DNA of 61,847 nucleotides from Gemmatimonadota bacterium (GTDB lineage: Bacteria; Gemmatimonadota; Gemmatimonadetes; Palauibacterales; Palauibacteraceae): contig JBHIAV010000014.1 of assembly GCA_046758745.1 (NCBI GenBank), positions 1 to 61,847 of the forward strand, written 5' to 3'. Of this stretch, positions 41,019 through 48,866 are shown in pieces. Below the pieces are notes generated by a model, which saw only the letters and a program-made list of their open reading frames with translations, searched no databases and was not told the origin of the DNA. The position numbers and the translations under genes were made by a program. The first letter of the stretch is position 1. Every line of letters begins with the position of its first letter.

Positions 41019-41623
41019 CAACGCGTCGCCCCTTCGGCGGTCAGAGACGACACGATCCCCTCCTCCTCCGCTATATGCCACAGCATCTTCTGCAACATCT
41101 TCCTCCCACGGTGCAGACGCGACCGGACGGTCCCGACCGGCACGTCCAGCGCCTCTGCGATCTCCGGGTACGTGAGCTCCTCCAGCAGATAGAGCGCCGA
41201 CACCACTCGGTACTCGTCGGGTAGGGCCTCGATCGCCCTTGTCATCTGCTCCAGGCTCAACCTTCCGAGCACCAGACGGGCCGGGTCGTCGCTTCGCGCG
41301 TGCAGGCCCGCTTCGAGTGTGCGCCGGAAGAGATACAGCTCCGGCACATCGTCCAGGTCCACGCTGGACGGCTGTCGCTTTTCCTTTCGCCGCTGGGCAT
41401 AAAAGGCGTTCGTGAGGATCCGGAAGAACCACGCCTTGAAGTTCGTTCCCGTCCGGAAGGTGCTGAAATGTCGAAACGCCAGCAGGGAAGCCTCCTGTAC
41501 GAGGTCCTCCGCCTCGGCGCCATCGTGAGCGAGGCTGACGGCGAGCCCGTACGCGGCGCCGAGGAGGGGCGACAGGAGCGCTTCGAAGCTCTTTCTGCTC
41601 GAGTGCGGCTCGTGGTCCGGCAT
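41018..41623 (-). CDS. ECF sigma factor, SigR/SigH-like
   Basis: AEDLVQE..FRTGTNFKAWFFRILTN; YPEIAEALDVPVGTVRSRLHRGR. Confidence 0.92.
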   Translation of the reverse strand: MPDHEPHSSRKSFEALLSPLLGAAYGLAVSLAHDGAEAEDLVQEASLLAFRHFSTFRTGTNFKAWFFRILTNAFYAQRRKEKRQPSSVDLDDVPELYLFRRTLEAGLHARSDDPARLVLGRLSLEQMTRAIEALPDEYRVVSALYLLEELTYPEIAEALDVPVGTVRSRLHRGRKMLQKMLWHIAEEEGIVSSLTAEGATR

Positions 41624-42122
41624 CGTCTCCGCGGGCTGGGTGGAAGGGGGATGCGCGGCGGCATCCATTCGAGCGGCGCGAGGCCGAGACATGTGCCCTG
41701 GTGACGAATATTCCCGGGAGCTTCGGCAGGCGTCAACTTGCGCGCGTCCGTCTCCGACCCTCCGGCGGTCGTGGGCCGCGAAACCGACGCTCCTTTTCCG
41801 GTTCCGGCTCGGGCCACTCTCTCTCATCCACCCACCCGCCCGCTGGATGTGTAACGCCCGACGGGTCCCTAATGCCCGATGGGTGCGTAATGCCGCGAGG
41901 TCGGGGATGGTTCCATGGCCTCGGGAGAGTGTCGCCCGGCGCCTCAACGTCTGGGCCACCGGCGCGCGGAGCCCGGCCACCGGCACGGGCCGAGACGCCC
42001 ACAGGCATCCACTTCGTCCTCCACCCGCACCCCTCCCGACCTCTTCGCACCCCGCCCGGCCCGTGGGCGCCCGATGCCCGCCCTTTCCCTCAGAACGCTC
42101 GCGCACTCAGAATCATGACATC

Positions 42123-42149
42123 TGTCACAACGGAACTTCTCGAACGTTC
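42123..42149 (+). promoter_or_regulatory. Possible autoregulatory ECF promoter TGTCACA-N15-CGTTC
   Basis: Immediately upstream of GTG 42165; resembles TGTCACA-type ECF promoters. Confidence 0.35.
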
Positions 42150-42164
42150 TTGAGATGGCGGGCT

Positions 42165-42671
42165 GTGGACTTTCCGGACGCCTACAGAAGCCTGTATCCG
42201 GCGGTCTTTCGATATCTGAACCGGCTGACCGGAGACGCGGACCTCGCGGAGGACCTGGCTCAGGAGGCGTTCGTGCGCCTCCTGGAACGGGAGCTGCCGG
42301 AGGACGACGCGCGGGCGTGGATCTTTGCCGTGGCGACCAACCTGGCTCGCGATCATGCGCGGACGAGACGCCGGCGCCACAGGCTGCTGGAGGAGAGGCA
42401 GGTGCGTGCGGACAGTCCGGCTTGGCCGGACCACGAGGTCGAGCGAGCGGAGCGGATCGAGGCGGTTCGGCGGGCCCTGGCCGCGCTCTCCCCCCGCGAC
42501 CGTCAGATGCTCCTGATGCGAGAGGAGGGGTTCAGCTATCGGGAGATCGCCGAGGCGGTCGGTGTGCTCCCGGGTTCGGTCGGGACGCTGATCGCCCGGG
42601 CCCTGCAGCGGTTCGGTTCGGCGTATTCGACCCACTCCTCGGCAGAGAGAGGCGATGAGCCACCTGAGTGA
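42165..42671 (+). CDS. ECF sigma factor
   Basis: AEDLAQEAFVRL, ARAWIFAVATNL, LSPRDRQMLL..GFSYREIAEAVG. Confidence 0.92.
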   Translation: MDFPDAYRSLYPAVFRYLNRLTGDADLAEDLAQEAFVRLLERELPEDDARAWIFAVATNLARDHARTRRRRHRLLEERQVRADSPAWPDHEVERAERIEAVRRALAALSPRDRQMLLMREEGFSYREIAEAVGVLPGSVGTLIARALQRFGSAYSTHSSAERGDEPPE

Positions 42672-43416
42672 GACCCAGCTGCTGAGCTATCTGGACGGCG
42701 AGCTCTCGCAGAAGGCCAGCGAGGAGGTGGCCGCGCACCTCGGCGAGTGCGGGGAGTGCCGCGCGTCACTGGAGGCGCTGCGGCAAGCCGCTCGTCACTT
42801 CTCGGCGGCGGTGTCGCTGCTCGACGTCGAGGCGGAGGTGCCGCGGACGATTCCCGAGGGCCCGCGTCCGCGCCGCGTCCGCCCGCCGCGGCCCTGGAGG
42901 ACGCTCGCTCGAGCGGCCGTGCTGGTCCTCGCTCTCGCCGGAGTGGCATCGGCCGTGATCCCCGGCTCGCCCGTGCGCTCCTGGGTGGCGGCACTCCATC
43001 TCGGCGGAAAGGAGGAAGCCCCGATCGTCCCCACCGTAGGGCGAGAGGAACCGGCGCCGGAGGGAGAGAGGGGACCGGCGGGGGTCTCCGTGCTGCCGGA
43101 CGCGGGAGTCCTTCGGATACTTTTGACGAACTTCGCGCCGGAGTCTAGTGTGCGGGTTCGCCTGGTAGATGGGGCCGAAGCGCACGTGGAGGTGGGAGAG
43201 GACGCAGAAGCGCGCTTCCGGATCGGTCCGGGACGGATCGAGGTCTCGGGGAGCGGCCGGGGAGACCTGGTGGTCGACCTGCCGCGCTCCGCGCTGGAAG
43301 CCACGGTGGAGGTGGAGGGCCGCATCGCCGTGATGAAGAAGGGCAAGCAGCTCCGGCTGCTTCGGCCGGCGGTGGATTCGCTCCAGGGGGATGTGAGGTT
43401 CCGCATCGGGCCCTGA
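42655..43416 (+). CDS. Membrane-anchored zf-HC2 anti-sigma factor
   Basis: HLSE..L..YLDGEL..HLGECGEC; single TM. Confidence 0.85.
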   Translation: MSHLSETQLLSYLDGELSQKASEEVAAHLGECGECRASLEALRQAARHFSAAVSLLDVEAEVPRTIPEGPRPRRVRPPRPWRTLARAAVLVLALAGVASAVIPGSPVRSWVAALHLGGKEEAPIVPTVGREEPAPEGERGPAGVSVLPDAGVLRILLTNFAPESSVRVRLVDGAEAHVEVGEDAEARFRIGPGRIEVSGSGRGDLVVDLPRSALEATVEVEGRIAVMKKGKQLRLLRPAVDSLQGDVRFRIGP

Positions 43417-43549
43417 CAGGTCGCTTGGAATGCGACCCGCGGTGGGTTAGCTGAGACAGAGGCCGCACCCGGAGGGTTTCCCCCGGGGAGCGGCCGTTCC
43501 ACATTCTAGGCCGGACCACCGGGGTGTTCTTCTCAGCGTGGGCGGCTTG

Positions 43550-45787
43550 ATGACGGGTCTCTTCACTTTGCTGGCCAGCGTCGGGCTCGCGACGCAGCAG
43601 GCCTACGGTCTGGTCGAGGGATACGTTCGAAGCGCCGGGACGGACGAGCCTCTGGCGAACGGGCTCGTCACCGTGGTCGGCGGCTCCGCTCACCCCCGCG
43701 TGCTCACCGACTCGACGGGTCGTTACAGGCTCCCCGGTCTGCCCGCCGGGAAGCAGCGGATCCGCGCCACCCGGATCGGCTACACGCCGCTCGAGGTCGA
43801 GCTGATCGTGCCGCCCGCGGGCCGCATGCTGGTCGACTTCCTTCTTCCCCTCCGTCCCGTGTCCATGCCGCCGGTGGTGGCCGAGGCGGACGCCTCCCCG
43901 CCAGGACCGCGCTCCGCGGGCGACGGGGCGGAAGACACGGACATCGGTGAGCGGGGGACCGGTGCGGTCCGCGTGGTCGACGCGACGACCGGGATCTCCG
44001 AGTTCGGGATTCTGGCCGGCGCCCGGGCGCTGCAGCGGAAGCCGCGTCAGCCGAGAGGCCAGAACGTGCTCTTCGTGCGCGGGGCCGGAGCCAACCTCAA
44101 CCTGGTGCTGCTGGATGGCGCGCCCGTCCACACCCCCTTCCACCTCGGCGGGCTCCTGGAGCGGCCCGTTCCCGAGGCGATCGCGCGCGCCACGCGGTTT
44201 CAGGGCGGCGCTCCGGCCCGATTCGACGGCGGGCTCTCCGATGTCCTGCAGCTCGAGACCCATACGGGCTCTACGGGTCGGCCGCGCACGGCGGCCTTCG
44301 CGGACATGGTCTCCGCCGGCGGGCTCGCCGAAGGCGGTCTCGGCGAACGGGCCAGCATCCTCGCGGCCGGACGGACCCTGCACGGCGCCGCGAGCGGTCC
44401 CTTTCTCGACGAGGCCTTCCCGCAGCGCTACACGGACGGGCTCGCCCGGATCGATCTCCATATGGGGGCGGGCGGCGATCTCAGCGCGACCGGATTCTTC
44501 AACCGGGAGAGCGTGAACCTCGGCGGCGTGCGCCCCTCGAGCGAGCGGGCGGAGTGGGGGAACACAGCGGCCTCGCTCCGCTACGTGCACGCGGTGGGCC
44601 GCTCGATCGCCACCCTCGGGGCGGCGTTCGGAGAGTTCCGTACGGATCTCCCCCTTGGAACACAGGCACAGGTTCAGGCCGCGGGGCGGGTGCGCCGCAC
44701 TCGCATCACGGCGGATGTCGCCCGCCTCGTCGGTCCGGTCCGGCTGGGCTATGGCGCCCAGGTGGAGCGAATGCGGCTCCGCACCCGCTTCTCGGGCGTG
44801 CGTCAATTGAGCGGGGACTCCGTGAGGCTCGTGGCGGAGAGCCAGGGCGACACCTACTCGGGATACGTGGACGGCGCGTGGAACGTCTCCGACGACATCC
44901 GGCTGGGTGCCGGGCTCCGCGTGAACCTCTTCACGGAGGATCGGGGGCACAGCCTCTCGCCACGCGTCCGGGCCGAGTGGCGGCTCGCTCGGGGCGTGGC
45001 CCTCGACCTCTCCGCCGGCCGCTTCCACCAGCTCGTGGTCGCTCCGGACACGGCCGTGCCCCTCAGCCTCGCCTTCTTCACGGCCGGCGACGGGGGGCCT
45101 CTCGGCAACGCCTTCACCGACATCCGCGTCGCCGAATCCTCCCAGTTCGTGCTCGGCCTCGGCCACGAGGGGCCCGGCCTGGAGCTTCGCCTCGAGGGGT
45201 ACTGGAAGACGCTGGCAGGGGTCCCCGGGGCGGAGGACGAGCGTCTCCGGAGCACCGGCATCGACGTGTGGCTGCGACATGGATCCCAGGCCCTGAGCTT
45301 GTGGGCCACCTACACGATGGCGTGGGCGTGGGCCGAGGGGGAGCCGGGACTCCGAAGCGGGATCTTCTCCGGGCGTCACTTCCTGCGGGGCGGGGCCGCG
45401 ACGCTCCTGGCAGGCCGCTTCCGGCTGGAGGGAGACCTGGCGTTCGGGGCCGGGCTGGAGTTCGGGGCCCTCCCGGGTCCCAGCTTCGCCGCAACGGGTG
45501 CGGCGTCGGACGGTCCGGCCGGCGCGTCGCTCTCCAACGTGGACAGTCCCGGGGAGAGCCGGCTTCCCGACCCTGCCTACCTGCGGCTCAACCTGCGACT
45601 CACCGCCCTCATGCGGACACGGATTCTCGGGGTCGAGACGAAGCTGTATCCCTACGTCCGCGTGATCAACGCCCTCGGCCGGGCCGACGCGCTCTTCTAC
45701 CAGTTCGACGGCGAGGGCGATGGTGAGCCCCGAGCGGTCGGCGACGTGCCGCTCCTTCCGGTCCTCGGCATCGAGTGGAGAATGTGA
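43550..45787 (+). CDS. TonB-dependent receptor-like protein with carboxypeptidase-regulatory-like domain
   Basis: TDSTGRY..RIGY; plug-like LFVRGA..NLVLLDGAPV..GGAPARFDG.LS; C-terminal LGIEWRM. Confidence 0.8.
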   Translation: MTGLFTLLASVGLATQQAYGLVEGYVRSAGTDEPLANGLVTVVGGSAHPRVLTDSTGRYRLPGLPAGKQRIRATRIGYTPLEVELIVPPAGRMLVDFLLPLRPVSMPPVVAEADASPPGPRSAGDGAEDTDIGERGTGAVRVVDATTGISEFGILAGARALQRKPRQPRGQNVLFVRGAGANLNLVLLDGAPVHTPFHLGGLLERPVPEAIARATRFQGGAPARFDGGLSDVLQLETHTGSTGRPRTAAFADMVSAGGLAEGGLGERASILAAGRTLHGAASGPFLDEAFPQRYTDGLARIDLHMGAGGDLSATGFFNRESVNLGGVRPSSERAEWGNTAASLRYVHAVGRSIATLGAAFGEFRTDLPLGTQAQVQAAGRVRRTRITADVARLVGPVRLGYGAQVERMRLRTRFSGVRQLSGDSVRLVAESQGDTYSGYVDGAWNVSDDIRLGAGLRVNLFTEDRGHSLSPRVRAEWRLARGVALDLSAGRFHQLVVAPDTAVPLSLAFFTAGDGGPLGNAFTDIRVAESSQFVLGLGHEGPGLELRLEGYWKTLAGVPGAEDERLRSTGIDVWLRHGSQALSLWATYTMAWAWAEGEPGLRSGIFSGRHFLRGGAATLLAGRFRLEGDLAFGAGLEFGALPGPSFAATGAASDGPAGASLSNVDSPGESRLPDPAYLRLNLRLTALMRTRILGVETKLYPYVRVINALGRADALFYQFDGEGDGEPRAVGDVPLLPVLGIEWRM

Positions 45788-46095
45788 AAGGCCGGTAGCG
45801 GCCCCTTCCTCGGCGGCTCCCGGCGCTTCGCTCCCCGCGCGGCGACGCGGACCCACCGCCTCGTTCCGTCTGCGGTTGCCGGACCTCCCCGAATGCCCGT
45901 AATTTATTTCATCTGAACGCGGAGCGGGGGTGGGCCTCGGATTCGAGCGCCGTGCCGGATCCACCTGCTGGCGGCAGCGCTCCGACGCTCACGATACCTG
46001 AAACAGGACCTCGGGAGCGACCTCTCCGTGGCGGCTGGCCGCCCACCCCTGTCGCGCTCTCCGCCTGCTCTCGTGCCGGCCTGTGAGGACGCGCT

Positions 46096-48000
46096 ATGCA
46101 GCAGACGGAACGTCCGCCCAGGAATCACCTCGACCTCCTCTTCCAGGCCAGCCTCGAGTTCAACTCGACGCTCGACCCCGACGCGCTGCTCTCTCGCGTC
46201 TTCGACCGGGTGGTCGAGATCCTCGAGGCGGAAGCCGGCTCGGTGTGGCTGCGCGAAGGCGACACGGTCGTGTGCCGGATCGCCAGGGGCCCGGTCGCGG
46301 AGCAGATCGAGGGGCTCGAGCTCCCGCTCGGGGCCGGCATCGTGGGCGACGTGGCCCGCCGGGGAGAGTCCGAGCTCGTCGCCGACGCGAGGGAGGACCC
46401 GAGGTTCGTACACCAGGTGGACGAGGCGACGGGGTTCACCACGCGCTCGGTCGTCTCCGTCCCGTTGAAGGCGAAGGGGCACGTGCTCGGCGTGCTCCAG
46501 GTCCTGAACAAGCGCTCCGGGTCCGGCCTGTTCGACGAGGCGGACCTCGCCCTCCTGGAGGGGCTCGCCTCCACGGCCGGGCTCGCTCTGCGCAACGCGC
46601 AGCTGCACGACGCCGAGAAGCGGGCGCACGACCTCGCCGCCCTGCTCGGCATCAGCCGAGAGATCACCTCGACGCTGGACACGGACCGGCTCGCCGTCTC
46701 GGTCGTCAACCTGGCCAGCCAGACGCTGGCGTACGATCGCGCGGCGATCGCTCTCGAGGAGGGCGGTCGATTCGTCCTGCGGGCGATCTCCGGGCAGGAG
46801 ACGGTGGACGTCGGTTCCGAGGACACCCGCACACTCGAGCGCCTCATCGCATGGCTGGCGGAGCGGGACGAGCTGGTCTACCTGCCCGACTTCTCCGTCG
46901 GCGAGGACGGCATCGGGGCCGACCTGCGAAGCGTCTTCGGCGATCACCTCGAGGGCCGGGGCGTCCGCTCGCTCTGCCTCATTCCCCTCAAGGACGAGGA
47001 AGGGCGGCTCGGCGCGTTCTACATGGAGTCCGGGAGACCGGACTTCCTCGGCGAGACGGGCCACGAGGCGGCGGAGCTGCTCGCCAACCAGGTGTCCGTC
47101 GCCGTTCGAAACGCCGACCTGTACGGGCAGGTCCCGTTCATCGGCCTTCTGGAGCCGCTGGCGGCGTGGCGCCGCCGGCTCGCCGCCATGCCCCGCCGCG
47201 CGCTGATCCGTCGCTACGGCATCCCCGCACTCGTCGTCATCGGGCTCATCAGCATCCCGTGGGCCGAGCGCATCACGCCGAGCGATGTACAGCTGCTGCC
47301 CGCCGATCGGATGCCCGTGCGGGCCACCGTGCGAGGCCTGCTCACCGAGATCCGCGTGAGCGAGGGCGACGAGGTCGAGAAAGACCAGGTGATGGCCGTG
47401 CTGCGCGATGACGAGCTGCGCATGGAGCTGCAGGAGGTTCGCTCTTCCCTCATGGCGGCCGAGCGGCGAGCCGCGGTGGCCCGGGCCCGCGGCGACGAGC
47501 CCGGCGCGCAGCTCGCCCAGGTCGAGGCGCGAGAGCTCTCGGCGCGCATGGAGCTGCTGAACGATCAGCTCGAGAGGACCCGGCTACAGGCGCCCGTGGG
47601 GGGGGTCGTCCTCACCTTGCGGCCGTACGAGATGCTGGGCGAGTGGCTGGAGGCCGGAGAGACGTTCGTCGTCCTCGGCCGTACGGGGCAGCTCGAACTG
47701 GAAGCCCGGGCCGCACAGCGTGACATCGAGCGGGTGCGGGTGGGGCAACGGGTCCGGCTGAAGGTCCCGGCGCAGCCGAACCACATCTTCGTCGGCAGGG
47801 TGACGGAGATCGCGCCGAGCGCCGACGCGGCGCCCGGTGGCGAGCCGACCTTCGTCGTGCGGGCGGGCCTCGACAACGGACAGGGGCTGCTCAAGCCCGG
47901 CATGGAGGCGAGGGCCAAGATCGTCGGCGCGCGCCGCCCCATCGGCTACCTGCTGGCCCGCCCCCTCGTGCGCTGGATTCGACTTCGCTTCTGGCGGTGA
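46096..48000 (+). CDS. GAF-GAF-TM-HlyD (membrane fusion protein) fusion
   Basis: GAF1 GIVG.V..DPRF..VDEATGFTTRS..VPL..NK..FDEAD; second GAF; TM; lipoyl-hairpin VSEGDEVEK..APVGGVV; LKPGM. Confidence 0.9.
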   Translation: MQQTERPPRNHLDLLFQASLEFNSTLDPDALLSRVFDRVVEILEAEAGSVWLREGDTVVCRIARGPVAEQIEGLELPLGAGIVGDVARRGESELVADAREDPRFVHQVDEATGFTTRSVVSVPLKAKGHVLGVLQVLNKRSGSGLFDEADLALLEGLASTAGLALRNAQLHDAEKRAHDLAALLGISREITSTLDTDRLAVSVVNLASQTLAYDRAAIALEEGGRFVLRAISGQETVDVGSEDTRTLERLIAWLAERDELVYLPDFSVGEDGIGADLRSVFGDHLEGRGVRSLCLIPLKDEEGRLGAFYMESGRPDFLGETGHEAAELLANQVSVAVRNADLYGQVPFIGLLEPLAAWRRRLAAMPRRALIRRYGIPALVVIGLISIPWAERITPSDVQLLPADRMPVRATVRGLLTEIRVSEGDEVEKDQVMAVLRDDELRMELQEVRSSLMAAERRAAVARARGDEPGAQLAQVEARELSARMELLNDQLERTRLQAPVGGVVLTLRPYEMLGEWLEAGETFVVLGRTGQLELEARAAQRDIERVRVGQRVRLKVPAQPNHIFVGRVTEIAPSADAAPGGEPTFVVRAGLDNGQGLLKPGMEARAKIVGARRPIGYLLARPLVRWIRLRFWR

Positions 48001-48866
48001 AGATGAAGGTGAAGATGAACAGGATCAGAAGCCTTTCACTCTGGCTGGGCAGCGTGGGGCTGGCGGCATCCGTCGTCTCCTGCGCGCAGGAGATCGAGTC
48101 CAGTCCGGATACGGACGGGACGACCGAGCGCCGAACGACCCTGGCGGCCGCGACTCCGGAGGAGAGATCGGACGACCTCTACCAGACCCACCTGTACTCC
48201 GAGCGAGACGCCGACGTGTACGCCCGGCTGGACGAGGACGAGCTGAGCGGGAGTGGCCTGCCGGTGGTGGCCATCCACGTGGAGATCGGGGATGCCGTGG
48301 GCGCGGGACGCCTTCTCGCCACCCTGGAGGACGCCGAGGCGAAGCTCGCCGTCGAGGAGGCTCGAGCGGAAGCCGACGCGGCGAGGGTCAACTTCGAGCG
48401 CATCCGGGAGCTCCGCGAGCGGGAGGTCGTCTCGCCCTCCGAGTACGACGATGCGCTGTACGAAAACCGCCGTGCGCAGGCGGCGCTCCAGCGCGCCGAG
48501 CTGAACCTCGCGCGGACCCGCGTGCGGGCTCCCTTCGCCGGCGTGGTCTCCCGGCGCTACGTGCGCGTGGGAGAACTGGTCGAGGAACGAACGCCCCTCT
48601 TTCGGATCACGGCGCTCGCCCCGCTCCGGGCGCGGCTGCTGGTGCCGGAGGCAAGGGCGGGCGCGTTCAGCCTCGGAGCCACGGTGCGTCTCACGGCGGC
48701 GGATGGGACGACCGGAGAGGCTCCCGTCATCCTCATCGGGCCGACGGTCGACCCGGCCAGCGGCATACGGGAGGTGATCGTAGAGCTGCCGGAGGCCGGA
48801 GCGTTCAAGCCCGGCGCGGCGGTGGTGGCCGAGCTGGTCGGGGAGGACGTGGGGATCGATCGGTGA
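47997..48866 (+). CDS. Periplasmic adaptor / membrane fusion protein (HlyD-like), lipoprotein signal
   Basis: GTGA overlap; signal ..VVSC; VEIGDAV..; RAPFAGVV; PTVDPASG; FKPG. Confidence 0.88.
   Translation: MKMKVKMNRIRSLSLWLGSVGLAASVVSCAQEIESSPDTDGTTERRTTLAAATPEERSDDLYQTHLYSERDADVYARLDEDELSGSGLPVVAIHVEIGDAVGAGRLLATLEDAEAKLAVEEARAEADAARVNFERIRELREREVVSPSEYDDALYENRRAQAALQRAELNLARTRVRAPFAGVVSRRYVRVGELVEERTPLFRITALAPLRARLLVPEARAGAFSLGATVRLTAADGTTGEAPVILIGPTVDPASGIREVIVELPEAGAFKPGAAVVAELVGEDVGIDR

Noticed and set aside
41687-41805. Autoregulatory GGAAC-N18-GTT promoter for the SigR-like gene
   Set aside because: Best matches have off spacing (GGAAT-N19-GTC; GGAAC-N16-GTT), so they were not counted
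43145-45964. 939-aa minus-strand ORF
   Set aside because: Antisense shadow of the TonB receptor
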